A stretch of DNA of 64,000 nt, from assembly GCF_009914755.1 (NCBI RefSeq), contig NC_060931.1; one strand, given 5' to 3'. A program made the translations under genes and the position numbers. This DNA is from the human T2T-CHM13v2.0 reference genome, Homo sapiens. Below the pieces are notes generated by a model. That model saw only the letters and a program-made list of their open reading frames with translations, had not been told where the DNA came from and made no database searches. Shown here piece after piece: positions 1-16,360 of this stretch. Every line of letters starts with the position of its first letter. Within the stretch, counting starts at the first letter, position 1.

Positions 1-835
<835 letters not shown>

Positions 836-929
836 TCAATATTTTCCTTTTTCAAAAATGTGTTGGCTCTTCTTGTTTACTGATCCCTCTTGTTGAACTT
901 TAAAATCATGTTGTCAAGTTCACCCCAAA

Positions 930-1317
930 ACGTGGTAGACACAGAGATGCACCCCCAGATGCCACGTCAAGGAAGGGCTTGTTGTCCAGCTGCTGGGAGC
1001 ACATGGACAACTTCCAGCTGTTGACTCCTTCAGGGTCACGCACTTCCAATGCCACTTCCCTTGAGTAAATGTGCAAAGTGGTGGTAAAGAGAATCAGTCA
1101 TTTCAGTAGACCTGGGATGACTCTGGTGGGCAACACCTGTTCCCAAGCTCCTTGCTGGTTTGGCCGAGGCTTTGCTGGGTCTGCATCTCAACTTCACTTT
1201 TCCTTCCGCTCAATCCTGTGACTTCCCCCTTCTTTACTCAGATGTCGATCTCTAATCAATGTCTTATATCCTAAATTCCACCTCCACCTCTTTCTTTGAA
1301 GAATTCAAACTGTGACA
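930..1317 (+). mobile_element. ERVL solo LTR, LTR16C-like
   Basis: Start resembles the LTR16 5' end (GATGCACCCCCAGAT...CAAGGAAGGGCTTGTTGTCCAGCTGCTGGGAG); ends ...AAACTGTGACA. Confidence 0.6.
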
Positions 1318-1432
1318 AATTTAAACAGTGCCAAACCTATCTATCTAAAAAGATACTTTCTTTTAATACTTAGTTTTTCCATTTAGAAATACAGTGTCTC
1401 TAAATGTATTCATCTTCTTTTACATTTCTTAG

Positions 1433-1767
<335 letters not shown>

Positions 1768-1867
1768 CGTTTACAGATTTTTTAAAGAGTTTTCCTGGTT
1801 TTTTTATATTGATTTTTATTGGTTTCTGCATTATAAATAGAACTCTTTCGTCATGTCATCCATGTGA

Positions 1868-2190
<323 letters not shown>

Positions 2191-2381
2191 ATAAAACATA
2201 TTTTAACAGTAACTTCAGGGAATTCACTTACAAAATACGCTTATTTAAAATATTGTTTATATTTTTTTCTATCAAACTTTGTTTTTCTCTATTATAACTT
2301 TTGCCTGACATAATGAAACTATAAACTTCATATATCAAAGCGATTTCATTCCAGCTTTCTACATTCTGAGAGCAATTTAAA

Positions 2382-2572
2382 TAACAATAGCAGCAATCTA
2401 TTGAGTACCTCTAATGTACCGGGCAACAGCACATCAATGCTCTGGTGATATTATCTATAATCCTAGCAGCCACCCTGCAAGGCTGCATTATAAACGACAC
2501 TTCTCAAAGAATGTGTGCACCTTACCCATTATCAACAGCTAGCAAGTTATTGAACCAGGAGTCAAACCTAGG
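2382..2572 (-). mobile_element. MIR
   Basis: Degenerate reverse complement of the MIR 3' end and core (TATTGAGTACC...GAACCAGGAGTCAAACCTAGG). Confidence 0.55.
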
Positions 2573-4779
2573 GGAAAAAAATCTAAAGACACTTTTCACA
2601 GGCAACATAACCAAACTGAGCTTTCCCAAGTTCTCTTACACTTTTGTCACATATATCACACACACACACACAAATGCCACGCGGAATTTCTGACTGCATA
2701 TTCTTTGTATACCATTCAAACAAAAAGAAGCTTATATACTCAAAAGTTAAATTCCACCTTCACCTTACTCCCTTCCAAATACTCTTCCTTCTCCAGGGGT
2801 AGCAACTATGAATAATTTTTATAGAACATGTAAAGAAAGTCAACTTCATTCTCCTTAAGTTCTATATTGTATCTCATAATGTATCTGTGCTGTATTTATT
2901 TAATTAGCACCCTAATGGATATTTGGATTGTATGTAGTTTTTAACAATATTGAAACTTTGTAACTTTTCTTAACTAAAAAACCTACTTCGAGTATTTTAA
3001 TTATAAAAATAATATATTGCTCACTGAGTTGGCGAAAATAAATATTGAACCAAATAAAAGAGGCTGTGAGTTTGCTTTTGCCAAATTTGTTTCTGTCTCT
3101 TTAAACAGACTTTGTATTTAGTAGGAAACTCTCAGAGTTTCTAGGCATGAGGAATTACAGAGAATTCCCAATTATGTATCCTATTGGTTATATCATTAGG
3201 AATGGAGAATATTGAGGTCCAATATACATGATCACACTGACATTTTGCTTGGTAGTCTTTTTATAGCCCAAATTATTTAAATCCCAAAACAAAATATATT
3301 TATTGTAGAAAAATAGAAAAGGCAAATAAGTAAAATACTTTAAATCACTAAGTAACTACTGTTAAAACTTTGGCTAGAGATCTTTTAATAAATCTTATAC
3401 ATTATGTATAGATACATGAATTGTTTACATATCCTATGTAAGATCATGTAATTTGTATTAACTATTTTTTAACTTTATGCAATAATATGTCTTGAGATCT
3501 TTGTGCAAATCATGATTAATTTAAGTGGAAAATGAAACCTTGTGTTCTCTTTTTCAAGAAAACTGGGATGCCACTTCCATAGCTGATAAAGTACAAGCAG
3601 AGTGGAATGTTTAAGCTAATGTTTCTCGTTCTTTTATTTTTTTCCTATCTCTATGTAAACACTTCAGCCTAGCCTCAAGCCTCCATGTCCTTACTTGTAT
3701 TAAAATTGGACTCTACCATAATTGTACTTCATTTTAATGGACATCCAACTTTTATTTGCCACAAATTCCATCGAATCATGTTTCTTCTTATGTGTGTTCT
3801 CTAGCATATATTTGCATACTCTTGAGCAATTTGTTGATTTGTCAAACACTTCAGTATCTTGTGACTGCTTTCTAAAAGCCTGTAAGGTTTCTTTAGTAGT
3901 AGTGATGGCTTGAAACTTCTATGTCAGAAGTTGTTCCAAACTTAATCACTCCTCTATAATTGTCTAATTTTAGTGCAAATTAAAGAGACGCATAAATCAC
4001 TTTTCTTAACTCACAATTTCCACCTGTGGTTACACACAGCTTGCCTTGTACAGTTGTGCATGCAGTACACTGAACAAGTCTAGGGGTTACCGTTTATACT
4101 GCAGAGATAGATAGATACATACCTACATATACATGCATACATACATACATCTTTCCAGTAGATAGCAAAGAAATGCCTCATTGTAATAAAAGCAGGTTCC
4201 TATGACAATTTTCAAACCGATGATAAGGGGCACATTTTTCTAATTTGCATGGTAACAGATTGAAGAGATCAGTTGTAGTGAGCAGATCTCATACTATCCG
4301 GGAAAGGACAGTTTGGCTTTATGATCACAAGTCTGAGAAAGAAGTATATTTGCTATGTATCACACTCTTTTATTTTGATTATGCTCTGCCTCATTTTGTT
4401 GCAGTTGTTTGCAGTCTCCACCACATATGGGACTGCAGCAACCACAATACTAAACATATAATATTCCCCTTCAGGGGGCTTCAATGCCAGCCAGGTGGTC
4501 CTGAAGGCCAGAACTGAACTAGGCAAGGTCTTGATACCTCAGGCAATTGGGGTGCCAAAACCAAGGAGAGTTGAAGCAAATTATTTTGTAAGAAAGGTCT
4601 TTAACTATTATAACTCATACAAATACACATACAGACACCCACACACATATATATACATGCATGTATGTATATATGTAAACAAAATATTCTCATCTTACAC
4701 TAATTTATTTCACTACAAAATTAACTAATCTTTACCATATTTTTGTCCCTAAAGACATTCTATCGTGGGAATTTAATGG

Positions 4780-5075
4780 TTTAGAATGAAGGTTTAGCTG
4801 TATGCAATGCAAAACCAGAATCACAGTGACTTGTTTAAGGTTAATTTTTATTCTCTTGACTTGAGTAACACAATCTGAATTGCAGACATCACTTGTGCTA
4901 ACATATCGTTGGACTTAAAATTTAGTCACATTAAAAAAAAAAATCTAGCCCCACAGCCACAGCTAGCTGTAAGAATGTCTGGAAAATGTAGTCTTTGTTC
5001 TGGGCCACCATGAACCCAGCTGAATATTTTATTGCTAAGGACAAAGGGAAGAATGAGTGAACTCTGCCCCAGGCT
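4780..5075 (-). mobile_element. MaLR LTR, MLT1J/K-like fragment
   Basis: Reverse strand reads GACTACATTTTCCAGACATTCTTACAGCTAGCTGTGGC, typical of old MLT1. Confidence 0.6.
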
Positions 5076-6399
5076 GTGCTCAATAACCTCATGATTCAGT
5101 CCAGAAAAGAATCCTAACAACCACTTCTCTAGTGGAAGCTTCTTGCTTTTTTCCTTAAAATAGTTGATCTAATCCTTTTATAATGCTTCTCAAAATTGAA
5201 TTGAAAACGCAAGTAACTCAAAATGGGAAATCAAGTTTTGTGAAGTTTCTTTACTTGAATCTATTAGCTATCATGACTTGGTCCAACATATTCATTAGAA
5301 TGGTCCAAAAGTCATCATTCAAATAAATATTTATTGAGCAATAAGTTGCTTACATGAATTCTGAAAAACATATCCGAAAAAAGTAACAAGACTCTCAGTA
5401 TTCATTTGTCTATACATATAATTTCATCCAAATCATCTGAATCAATAAATATTAAGGAAGAAATAGAAGCCAATTTACCAATGTTATTTCTATCATGAAA
5501 ATAATTATGTATTTCTGACTTGTGTAATTTAAATTTTCTTATAAGATTCAGAATGTAAGGCCTTTACTTTTACAAACAAAAATAAAACAAAAAAGATAGA
5601 TGAATATACGAACAATCTTATAGCCAGGAAATTTTTCACGTAAGTCATTTGGATAACGTCTGATAAAGTGAAACATGTTTTTCGTGAGAATAAACCTGTC
5701 TTTAAAGATAGAGAACAATAAGAATAATACAAAGTTAAAATAGAATAAAAAAAGAGTTTGAAATGAACTTCAGAAATTCATAACACACTGTCTATCATAG
5801 GGAATTTATACATTCGCCCCCAGTTATTTGAGGAAAGGCCTTTCTTGATATTGTTGGACCCATCAGTGTGCGTTGAAGGTGAATATTGATGATAGGTCAC
5901 AAGAAAAGGTTCTCAGGAACTGAGTGGCAAAGTATAGCTCTCTACCAAATTCACTTTATGGGATAACATAGACGGCTTAAGCTTTTGTGAATTTTGCCGA
6001 TAGGCATTTTAAAATTCTGGATCATGATAATACAACACGCTGTATCAGATGACTTTCATCCTGAGGCTCTTTATGCCTAACAGGACAACGACAAATTAAT
6101 ATACAGTATATATTTCTTCCACGTAGTCTCACGAAGCCTGTACATATTTCTTTAAGCAGAATAAATATGTGCATTTTCGGACACTAGCACTTACTTTTTG
6201 GGCAAGACATATTCAGACAGTAAATATATGCCTTTCTTGGTTAAAAATGAAATCTTCCAAGGCATACCCCAACCAGATTGTGCTGAATGTGATAATTTGC
6301 ACACTGAGTGTATCCGCCCCCATTCCTTACTGCCCATTTGCATATAACATTTACTGACCCATGAGCACAGCATTCCAGTAAACCCACAATGTATGGGAG

Positions 6400-7140
6400 T
6401 TCAGTGAGGCTCAAAGTACAAAGTAAACGTGTAATGTCTGTTACTCAGTAAGTAGGATGGCAGTGGGGGGAAGGTGACACTTTGCTTTTTAAACCAGAAG
6501 TTACTTCCAACAGAGAAAACAATACCATGTCTTTCTAAGAAACACTAACAATCATATCATATCTTTTCTTCCTGTGTTACCAACCACTTACACTGAAAAT
6601 GATGACACAGAAGGAAATGGAAAGACTGGGCAAGTCTAGCTACTTTTCTTTGTAGTTCTTCCTTTCTCACCAGTATGCCAAAGGCAGAGAGTGTTGGCAG
6701 AATGAGCATATATATCAAGAAGTGAAATGAAAGCAGTTAGGTTAGTTTTGTACAGTGTTTACACTCTCCTTGTAAGAACAAAATGCATACGCACATACAA
6801 GCTATAATCTGTGAATTGTGGTAATTTCTGTAATTCTGTATGTAATTAAATGTTTTTATATTTCCATTTAAAACTGACATATCATCTTTAAAACTGATAT
6901 AAAGAAAAATGATAAAATTCATACTCAAATTTTTTAATTTAAAAATTCATAAATTTAAAATTTTTCTTTACTTAGAACAACATGAAATGGCAAGAAAAAA
7001 CACTCGTGAAAAGTTGAGAAAGGCTGCAGAAGAAAGGAAAGAGCTTTATATTTTAGTACCTTCAATGGAAGTATTCTACTTGAACAAGTGGACTCATATT
7101 TTCATTTTGCACTGGGCCCCACAGTGTATGTAGTTCTTGT
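6400..7140 (+). mobile_element. hAT-Tip100 DNA transposon remnant, MER45/Zaphod-like (left boundary uncertain)
   Basis: Right end TTGAACAAG...TTTTCATTTTGCACTGGGCCCCACAG...ATGTAG matches the MER45 terminus. Confidence 0.6.
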
Positions 7141-7340
7141 GTGGGCTCCACTGTCTCTGTCACTGCAGCCTCTACAATATGACTTAGGCATTGTCCTTTT
7201 TATGTCATTGCTAAGTCTGACTCTCTGTCCCTCCTACCCCCAGGATTTATAAGTCACCTGGTTCCTTTGACAAATTCTTTTTCTGCTTAATCTAGCTGGG
7301 GTGGGTTCTATTTTTTGCAGTTAAGCACACCGATTGATAA
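7141..7340 (+). mobile_element. MLT1K/L-like LTR 3' end
   Basis: AAATTCTTTTTCTGCTTAATCTAGCTGG...TTCTATTTTTTGCAG...GATTGATA resembles old MLT1 termini. Confidence 0.5.
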
Positions 7341-7404
7341 TAAAAATAACTAAAATTTATAGATTATTACTGTATGATAGTACATATTCCCATAATGGTG
7401 AAGT

Positions 7405-7525
7405 ATACACTATTATCTATAATTTACAGACAAGAAAACCTAGGGTTAAAATCAAATAAATTGTCTGAGTTGAATAGCTAATGCATTCAGGGCCAGGATT
7501 CAAACCCAAGAAATCTAACTCCAAC
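7405..7525 (-). mobile_element. MIR core fragment
   Basis: TTTACAGACAAGAAAAC...GGCCAGGATTCAAACCCAAG. Confidence 0.6.
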
Positions 7526-9109
7526 TCCGTGTGGAGCCGTGTTTATGTTAATGTTTGTCCTCCTAAACACTGTTGATCCCTATGGCAAGAATTTTACTAA
7601 GTTCTAAATAGGCACAGTGCCACCTAAACAAATAGCCATTGTTACAATCCGAGACAGTAAATGTTTAAGTATTGTTGCTGAAAACATAATTCTTAGGGAA
7701 GATCCAATAAACTGCCTTTTCTGAGAACCACTTTGGTGGTGATAGAGAATGTTCAATGGCTTTTACATTTCGGGGAGTTGCTGTCCCTGGGTTTCATTTC
7801 CCTGGATTTTACCTTTCTGAATTTTACAAGATTTTGCCAGCACATGATAACATTGATTAGAAAAGGCAGACAAAGTGAGAAAGTTAGATAGCTTGAAACA
7901 GGAATAATCACCTTTTTTTTTTCTGTTTATCAGAGGTGCTAAAATAGCTTTCCCAACAAGTCTTTTTCATGCTGCTTATGCTATGGTTGCCCTATGGAAG
8001 TTCACATAGATATCCTGGCAGGATAAAAATTTTGCAATTACAACTGATTCTTGAGAGTTCTTCCCAAATAAATGAGGGACCATAAAGGTTGAGATTGATG
8101 GAATGTGGGAGCTTGAACAATACTTACCTGTACATCATTTTGCCATGAGTCCCTCAGTCTGTGAAAATTAAATCATTCTGACTTAGGGACGCATGTCATT
8201 TTAGTTTTTAATGTTTTCAAATTTTGCTGATAAAAGGTAACAGAGACACGGTACTTTTTTAAAAGCATGCAATTTACTATTTTTTTAAAAAAAAAGTTAT
8301 GTGGGCTAAACTGTGTGCAAGTTAAAACATTACAACCATAAAGGTGAGGATCATAGGACAAATATTTCTCTACCAGCTATGAGTGGGATGCTGCCTTTGT
8401 GATTTATTCTAAAATAACAAAACAGTCTGAAACAATGAAGTGTTTCTCTACGCTTCATGAATATATATTAATTCAGTTCATGACAGAACAAGTCATTGGC
8501 TGCCTCTGCCAAACAGCCAAGAGGGAATGATTGATTATTTTATGCAGAACCTCACAGGGTCTAAAGGTACTTGAAATCTGTGGTAGACGAAATGCAAAAT
8601 ACTGCCAAAAAATGAATGTAACTCTTGAATATTATCACAATATTTATATTGATGACCAGAAGTACTTGAGAATTAATAATCACAAACTCCCCAAATCTAC
8701 TACAGATATCCATATAAAAACTATGTTTTCATTACTTCCTTAAACAAAACTATTATTGCCTTTAAAGTATATACACACTAGAAAATAGATTTGATTAGCT
8801 TCAGTTGCTCACTTCATACACGCTAGTGGTTTACTGTTTTCATGAGAAAATGTTTTTACCATAAGCTAATATGAGCAAATAGCTTATTTTGTTTACAGTC
8901 AAATATGGAAAATGGCCCTTCCCAAAAAGTAAATTGACTTAACGTTTTTATTTACTTAGAATCTGAAATCATATCTTTGTGTAATTAGGTAACCATTTAT
9001 TACTAAACTCATTTTTCAAATTTCTGGCTACTTAAAATTATTTTAGGGGAATGAGATTGCTGACACTTGCCTCTATCCACAAATATATTGTCTTATTTTG
9101 GCCCCTAAA

Positions 9110-9885
<776 letters not shown>

Positions 9886-10254
9886 ATGGGTATTCTTTAT
9901 TTTAAATAAAGAATAAATCTACCACCTACACCAGTCAGAACACCACACATATTCATCCTTATGCATCTTCATTTTTCTAGTCAGCACTTCTATTGTTAGT
10001 AATAGTTCTCCACACAATCTCCTCATAATAATCTTTTCATTTGATTCTGTATAGTGCCAGCTTTGCTTAAGCAAATTATATCACAGGTTACTTACCTTTT
10101 GAATTCTCTCAAGTCCTCATAGGTTTGTTTGTGCTATTTTCTTGTCACGCTGTGATCACAGATGCTTCATGCACTACCAGAGTATGTTAGTCCAGGCCCT
10201 CTAAGAAGCAGGTTCCAAGACAGGACTAGCTGTGCAAGAGATTTATTAAGGCAA

Positions 10255-10617
10255 TGTATTAGTCCATTTTCATACTGCTATGAAGAAATACCCAAGACTG
10301 GGTAATTTATAAGGAAAAAGAAGTTTAATGCACTCACAGTTCCACATGGCTGGGGAAGCCTCACAATCATGGCAGAAGGTGAAGTAGGAGCAAAGGCACA
10401 TTTTACAGGGTGGCAGGCAAGAAACCATGTGCAGGGGAACTGCCCTTTATAAAACCATCAGATCTCATGAGACTTACTCACTAGCACAAGAACACCATGG
10501 GAAAAACCCACCCCCATGATTCAATTGCCTTCCACTGGGTCCTTCCCATGACCTGTGGGGCTCATGGAACTACAATTCAAGATGAGCTTTGGATGGAGAC
10601 ACAGCCAAACTATATCA
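10255..10617 (-). mobile_element. THE1C/D solo LTR (MaLR)
   Basis: TGTATTAGTCCATTTTCATACTGCT...CAGCCAAACTATATCA; 5-bp TSD GGCAA/GACAA. Confidence 0.92.
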
Positions 10618-10759
10618 GACAACATCTCCTCCTTTGAGGAGGAGATGGGAAGGGGCAGGGGAGTGGGGACTGGTCAAACCAGGATGCAGCCTGATCACAG
10701 GTAAATGAGAGAGGAAAGGAAAAGGGAGGGTAGAAGTGTCATTTTTATTGTTGTTTTAG

Positions 10760-11022
10760 TTTAAAATATTTAATTGACAAATAAAAATTATATATATTCA
10801 AGGTGTGCAACATGATGATTTGATATGTATACACATTATATAATGATTGCTACAGTCAAATTAATTAACATTTCTGTTACCACCTATAGTTACCATTTGT
10901 GTGTGTGTGTGTGTGTGTGTAGAGAACACTTAAAATCTACTCTTATCACATTTCAAGTACACAATACAGTATTATTAGATATAGTCACTGTGCTGTACGC
11001 TAGATCTCCAGAACTTGTTCAT
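10760..11022 (-). mobile_element. L1MA/L1MB 3' end with embedded (TG)n
   Basis: TTTAATTGACAAATAAAAATTATATATATTCAAGGTG...AGATCTCCAGAACTT, typical of the L1MA 3' UTR. Confidence 0.8.
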
Positions 11023-11600
11023 CTGAGAGATGAGCAGAGCCATGGGGGAATCCACCTTCGCAGGAGTCCAGCAGCCTGCAGGAACTGTGCTGGGTAAGTG
11101 ACCCTACCACTCCATCACTGGCTAGGAACCACTTATGGGAAGCATGGCCTCCATGCAGACAGGTATGGAGTTCGTAGTACCACAGCTGGGCTCCTCGCAG
11201 TCCCAGATCTGTGAGGCTCACTTTCATGGCTGGCCACTAGACAAGAACTTTCACCAGGAGAGACAGAAAAACACGCCTGCTAAACAAACACTCATTAATG
11301 GACCGAGTACCCTGTTTAGAGATAATTTTGAAAATGCTTAAGGCACATATTCATGAAATTTAAGCAACTATGATATCTGATTTGTAAAGATATTTTGGAG
11401 CAGGGAAATTTTATAACATTTTTTCAAATCACAGCTGCTTAGACATCAGCTTATTTCAACAGCTCCTTAGTTTTCTTGCAGTGAACTGATGAGATATAGT
11501 AATAGCTACTTCGTAGGGCCACTATAAGAATCATATGAAGATAATGCAGGTAAAGCTCTTAGCATAATGCTGCCAAATAGTAAAAGTTCAATTAATAATA

Positions 11601-11712
11601 CCTATTATTGAACTACCATTAAAAACTAATATTAATATTAAGCTATTGTTGAACTACCATTAAGTTTAATCAATATTAGCTACTGTTGAACTACCATTAA
11701 AAACTAATGTTA
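11601..11712. repeat. Tandem repeat, 3 copies of a ~37-41 bp unit
   Basis: The core CTA(T/C)T(A/G)TTGAACTACCATTAA occurs three times. Confidence 0.85.
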
Positions 11713-11909
11713 CATGTATCCATATAAAAATCACCTATTTTCTGTATGAATCCTGGCTCTGCATTCCTGAGGAAACACACATCTCCTTTCCCATTGCTAA
11801 AAAAAAAAAAAAAAAAATACTGAAAGGAACAGGTCACCAAGTTTGATCTTTTTAGTTAAAATGACAGATCTCTGCAGTCATGAATGTGCAACTCTCAATC
11901 TATCAATTC

Positions 11910-12384
11910 TGTTTTGTCATCTGCTGCTGCCAAATAATTCACCCCTAAAACTTAGTGGCTTAAAACAACAAGCACTCATTATGTCTCAAGTTTCTGCTGG
12001 TCAAGAACTCTGAAAGGGCTCTTGTGTCAAGTTCTCACTTGGAGTCGCTCATGTAGGTGCAGTCAGACGTTAACTGGTCTTGCAGTCATCTGAAGGCTTG
12101 ATTGGTTCAAGAAGCTCCATTTCAAGGGTGGCTCACTCATTAGGCTGGCAAGTTTATTGGAGGCCTCAGATGCTCTGCACAGAGCTGTTTGAGTGTCTTT
12201 TCAGCATGATTGCCAGCTTTCTCCAGAGCAAGTGATTTAAGAAACAAAGGTGAAAGTTGCAATGACTTATATGACCTAATGTCAGAAGAAACACACCATC
12301 ACTTCCATTGTATTCTGCTAGTCACACAGAGTTAGCACACAAGGCTATGAATACTGGGAGGCAAAGATCATTGGGGCCATCTTG
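11910..12384 (-). mobile_element. MLT1F/G/H-like LTR
   Basis: CCTAAAACTTAGTGGCTTAAAACAACAAGC...GGGAGGCAAAGATCATTGGGGCCATCTT. Confidence 0.75.
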
Positions 12385-12823
12385 CATTTAATGTATATAT
12401 TAATATATTCTACAGAATATAGATACATATAGTATCCAGAAGAAACTATGTTGTGATTATAAGAGTGCTGATTGCACTGGAGAATACAGACAAGAACCAT
12501 CTTTCAACAGAGCTCAACTAAGCCTTAGTTTTTCACTTGTATACACAGGCAACTGCCACCTTGTGATCTGCCTTACTCTTTTAGGAAAGGTATAAAGCAA
12601 AGGCTAGAAATAGGCAGCTTTCAAGCAGAATTCAGCCTAAAGTCAGATTCAACTTGGCCTAATCAGTGCATTTAATGAGTAATGAATATGTAATCAAATG
12701 CCTTTAGAATAGTATTGGGTTCTTTACTTTGCCACCACTCTCTGCAGTCTTAAATTCTACAACTTGTATATTATCTGCCTAAGCCCTAAAGGCACTTGCA
12801 ATCCCTGCCTTAAAGAAACTGAG

Positions 12824-13344
<521 letters not shown>

Positions 13345-15036
13345 CTAAAGCAAGGCCATGGAAACTCCTTCTCAGGAGGTCTTTAGAAATAGGAAAGATT
13401 GTAATCTTTCTGGAAGAATTTAGGTGTGGTTTTTCTTGGGGGTAAATGGGTTGGTTTATATAACTTTACAAAGTTTCCTATATTAATTTTTGACCCCCGT
13501 CTATGACTTTTTAAAAAGTTACCCCCCTTTCTTCCTTTCCCTCCATGCCCCAAAGGTCCCTTGGGTGCAGAGTACATCATGACTTTATCACGAAGCTCAT
13601 TATTTCCCTCTTCTGGGAAATGGGAGACCACCCATGCTGGCAGTGATAGGCTGCCACCTCAAATCTGCATATTTGGCTTGCTGTAAATTGTCTGTCATTT
13701 CATTTTGCCATTTGTAGAATTATTTTCAAAGTCTGGTCATTAGTATTATTTTTTTAAAGTCTTTATTATTTTGTATCTTTTTCCAAAAAGAATTCCCCAT
13801 GCAGAAGTATTCTAACTAACTTTTAGTATATCCAATAATATATGTATATTTTTAAAGCTCAACACTTTCAAGGAAAGAAAAAAAGTAGTCTTAATTTATG
13901 CTTTATCCAAGCCTCATCATTTTCAATGTGTGTGTTCTCATGTGAAGAAATCCAATGCTTCCAACATATTCTTTCAATGTTATGTTTTCTTTTCTAAACA
14001 AACAACGTGATGATCAATTTCAATCTTATGCCCAGGCTTCTATACAAGTGTGTTTTCCATTAAAGTTCATCATAACTTTTCCCAATGTGTTTCTCAAACA
14101 AATCAAGATTCTTTTATCCCTACATAGCTAAATAGTCTTGATTTAATTTGAGAAAAATGTTACATATCAGAGGTCAACAGAAATTGTAGATGTCTGAGTG
14201 CCACTGTTAAAAATTTTATTGCACTAATAAAAAGATACTATATATATCACCTTTTATATACAAAATCTAGAAATTCCTTAACTCCCTTTTTCCCTGTGTG
14301 GTGCTATAACTTTCCATGTGTTCACACAAGGGAGTCTCACCTTTTAAAACCACATTGTTTCTTTTTTTAGTTTTTCCAATTATGTACTGCAAAATTTCAA
14401 ACTTATAGCAAAGCTGAAAGAATTTTACAATGAGCACCCATATGTATATTGTCTTTTACTATAACCTTACCAATACCTCTTTACCACATCTAGGCCCATT
14501 TTGGTTAGTATAAAACCATCACCGCTTACTCCCCACAGGCTAACACACAGGTTACCTTGAGAATCTTTGCTATGTTGCTTTATATCCCCACCAGACAAGA
14601 AAATTTAGACAGGCTTTATATGCTGTGGTTCGAATTACAATGATAGCAGATTAAAAATAATGACTGCAATGGATTAAAACACATCAAACATGAAGGGATT
14701 TATGAATTTATAATAAAACTTTAACAAAAATTCACTGGTCTTCTTGGAGGTTGGTTAAGTCCCAACTTATAATTCTGAAAATAAATCCATAAAGGGAAAA
14801 AATAAAGCATTTGTTCTTTTTTCCTATACAAACTGTATTTCTGGGTAGTTAAATCACAGACAAGAGAAAGTTATTCTTAGAAAATGATAGCTAATAAATG
14901 CAGGCAGAATGAAAGAAGAGTCACAATTGTACAACCCCTAATAAAATAAAGGAACTAGACAAACGTCAAAGGCTGCTAAAACCTTTAAGGGAAAGAAAGG
15001 TTAATAGGAAAAGTTATAATGAGATCATCAGGCTGA

Positions 15037-15380
<344 letters not shown>

Positions 15381-15399
15381 CACAGATCAATCTTAATAT

Positions 15400-16360
15400 T
15401 GATAGGGACAGGAGGCAGGGAAATTCTGGGCAGAAGAGGGCCCCCGCCAGGGCCCTACCTGCAAGCCAAAAAACCTGAAACCGTGGCCCAAAGTGAGAAG
15501 TTACATCCCTGTTTTCCTGCTCGAATGTTGCCTTTTCCAAAACCACCCATGGCCCGCCCCACCCCCCATTCTGTGCTTATAAAAACCCCAGAACTTAGCG
15601 GCAGAGAGAGAAGCAGCAGCTGGATGTCAGAGACTATAGCTGGACGTCGGAGAGAAGCAGCTTGACTTTAAAGGGACAGCTTGACAGCATAACCTCAGAG
15701 AATAATCTGGCTAGAGATAGCTGGATCTCAGGGGAAGATTACCATCCCTCCCTGTCCCCTTTTCAGCTCCCCTTCTCGCTGAGAACCACCTCTATTGGCA
15801 ATAAAATCCTCCGCAGTTACCATCCTTCGTGTGACCTCATTTCTCCTGGACATTGGACAAGAACTCGGAAACCACGAGTGTGGATGCAAAAGGCTGTCAC
15901 ACTTGCCCTTTGCCCTCGCTGGTGGAAGGCAGCCACCTCACGCAAAAAGGCAGAGGGCCCACTGAGCTGTTAACACTTAAGCCGTCCGTGGATGGCTGAA
16001 GTAAAAGAGTGGTGTACCACTCCCTCTGGGGCTTCTGGGGTCACGAGCACCCCCCAGATGCTGCCGCGTGGCCAGCACAAAGTTTGCTCTTGCCGGGGCT
16101 CAAAAGCACTCACCCCAGCTCCCGCAGCTGTTCACCTGCGTTCTCCCTCCAGCGAGGGGTGGAGAGCAGCGGGTCTGAGTGAGTGGAGTTCGCCCCTGCC
16201 AGCGCCGAAGTGGCCGGCCAGTTCCAGCGCCTGCGCACTACAGTTCCCACCTCATTTGCTCGCACGTTCCCTCCCACGAGGACTTGAGAGCTGCGGGATT
16301 AGTAAATGAGGTACCCCCTTCACTAGTCCTACGAAGGGGTCAGGGAAATATCTTGCTTCA
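15400..16360 (+). mobile_element. ERV1 solo LTR, LTR1 family
   Basis: TGATAGGGACAGGAGGCAGGGAAATTCTGGGCAGAAGAGGGC...CAGGGAAATATCTTGCTTCA; TG...CA ends; perfect 4-bp TSD ATAT; TATA-like TATAAAA and AATAAA present. Confidence 0.88.

Larger units (their letters stand above)
10183..11240 (-). mobile_element. Old ERVL-type LTR (LTR16/LTR41-like), interrupted by THE1 and an L1 3' end
   Basis: TGTTAGTCCAGGCCCTCTAAGAAGCAGG...GTGCAAGAGATTTATT is the reverse of an ERVL LTR 3' end with AATAAA. Related sequence resumes at 10620-10740 and 11023-11240. Confidence 0.5.

Noticed and set aside
11601-11712. Repeat-spacer-like pattern as a CRISPR array
   Set aside because: Eukaryotic context, intervening sequences are related rather than unique spacers, and there are no cas genes; it is a minisatellite.
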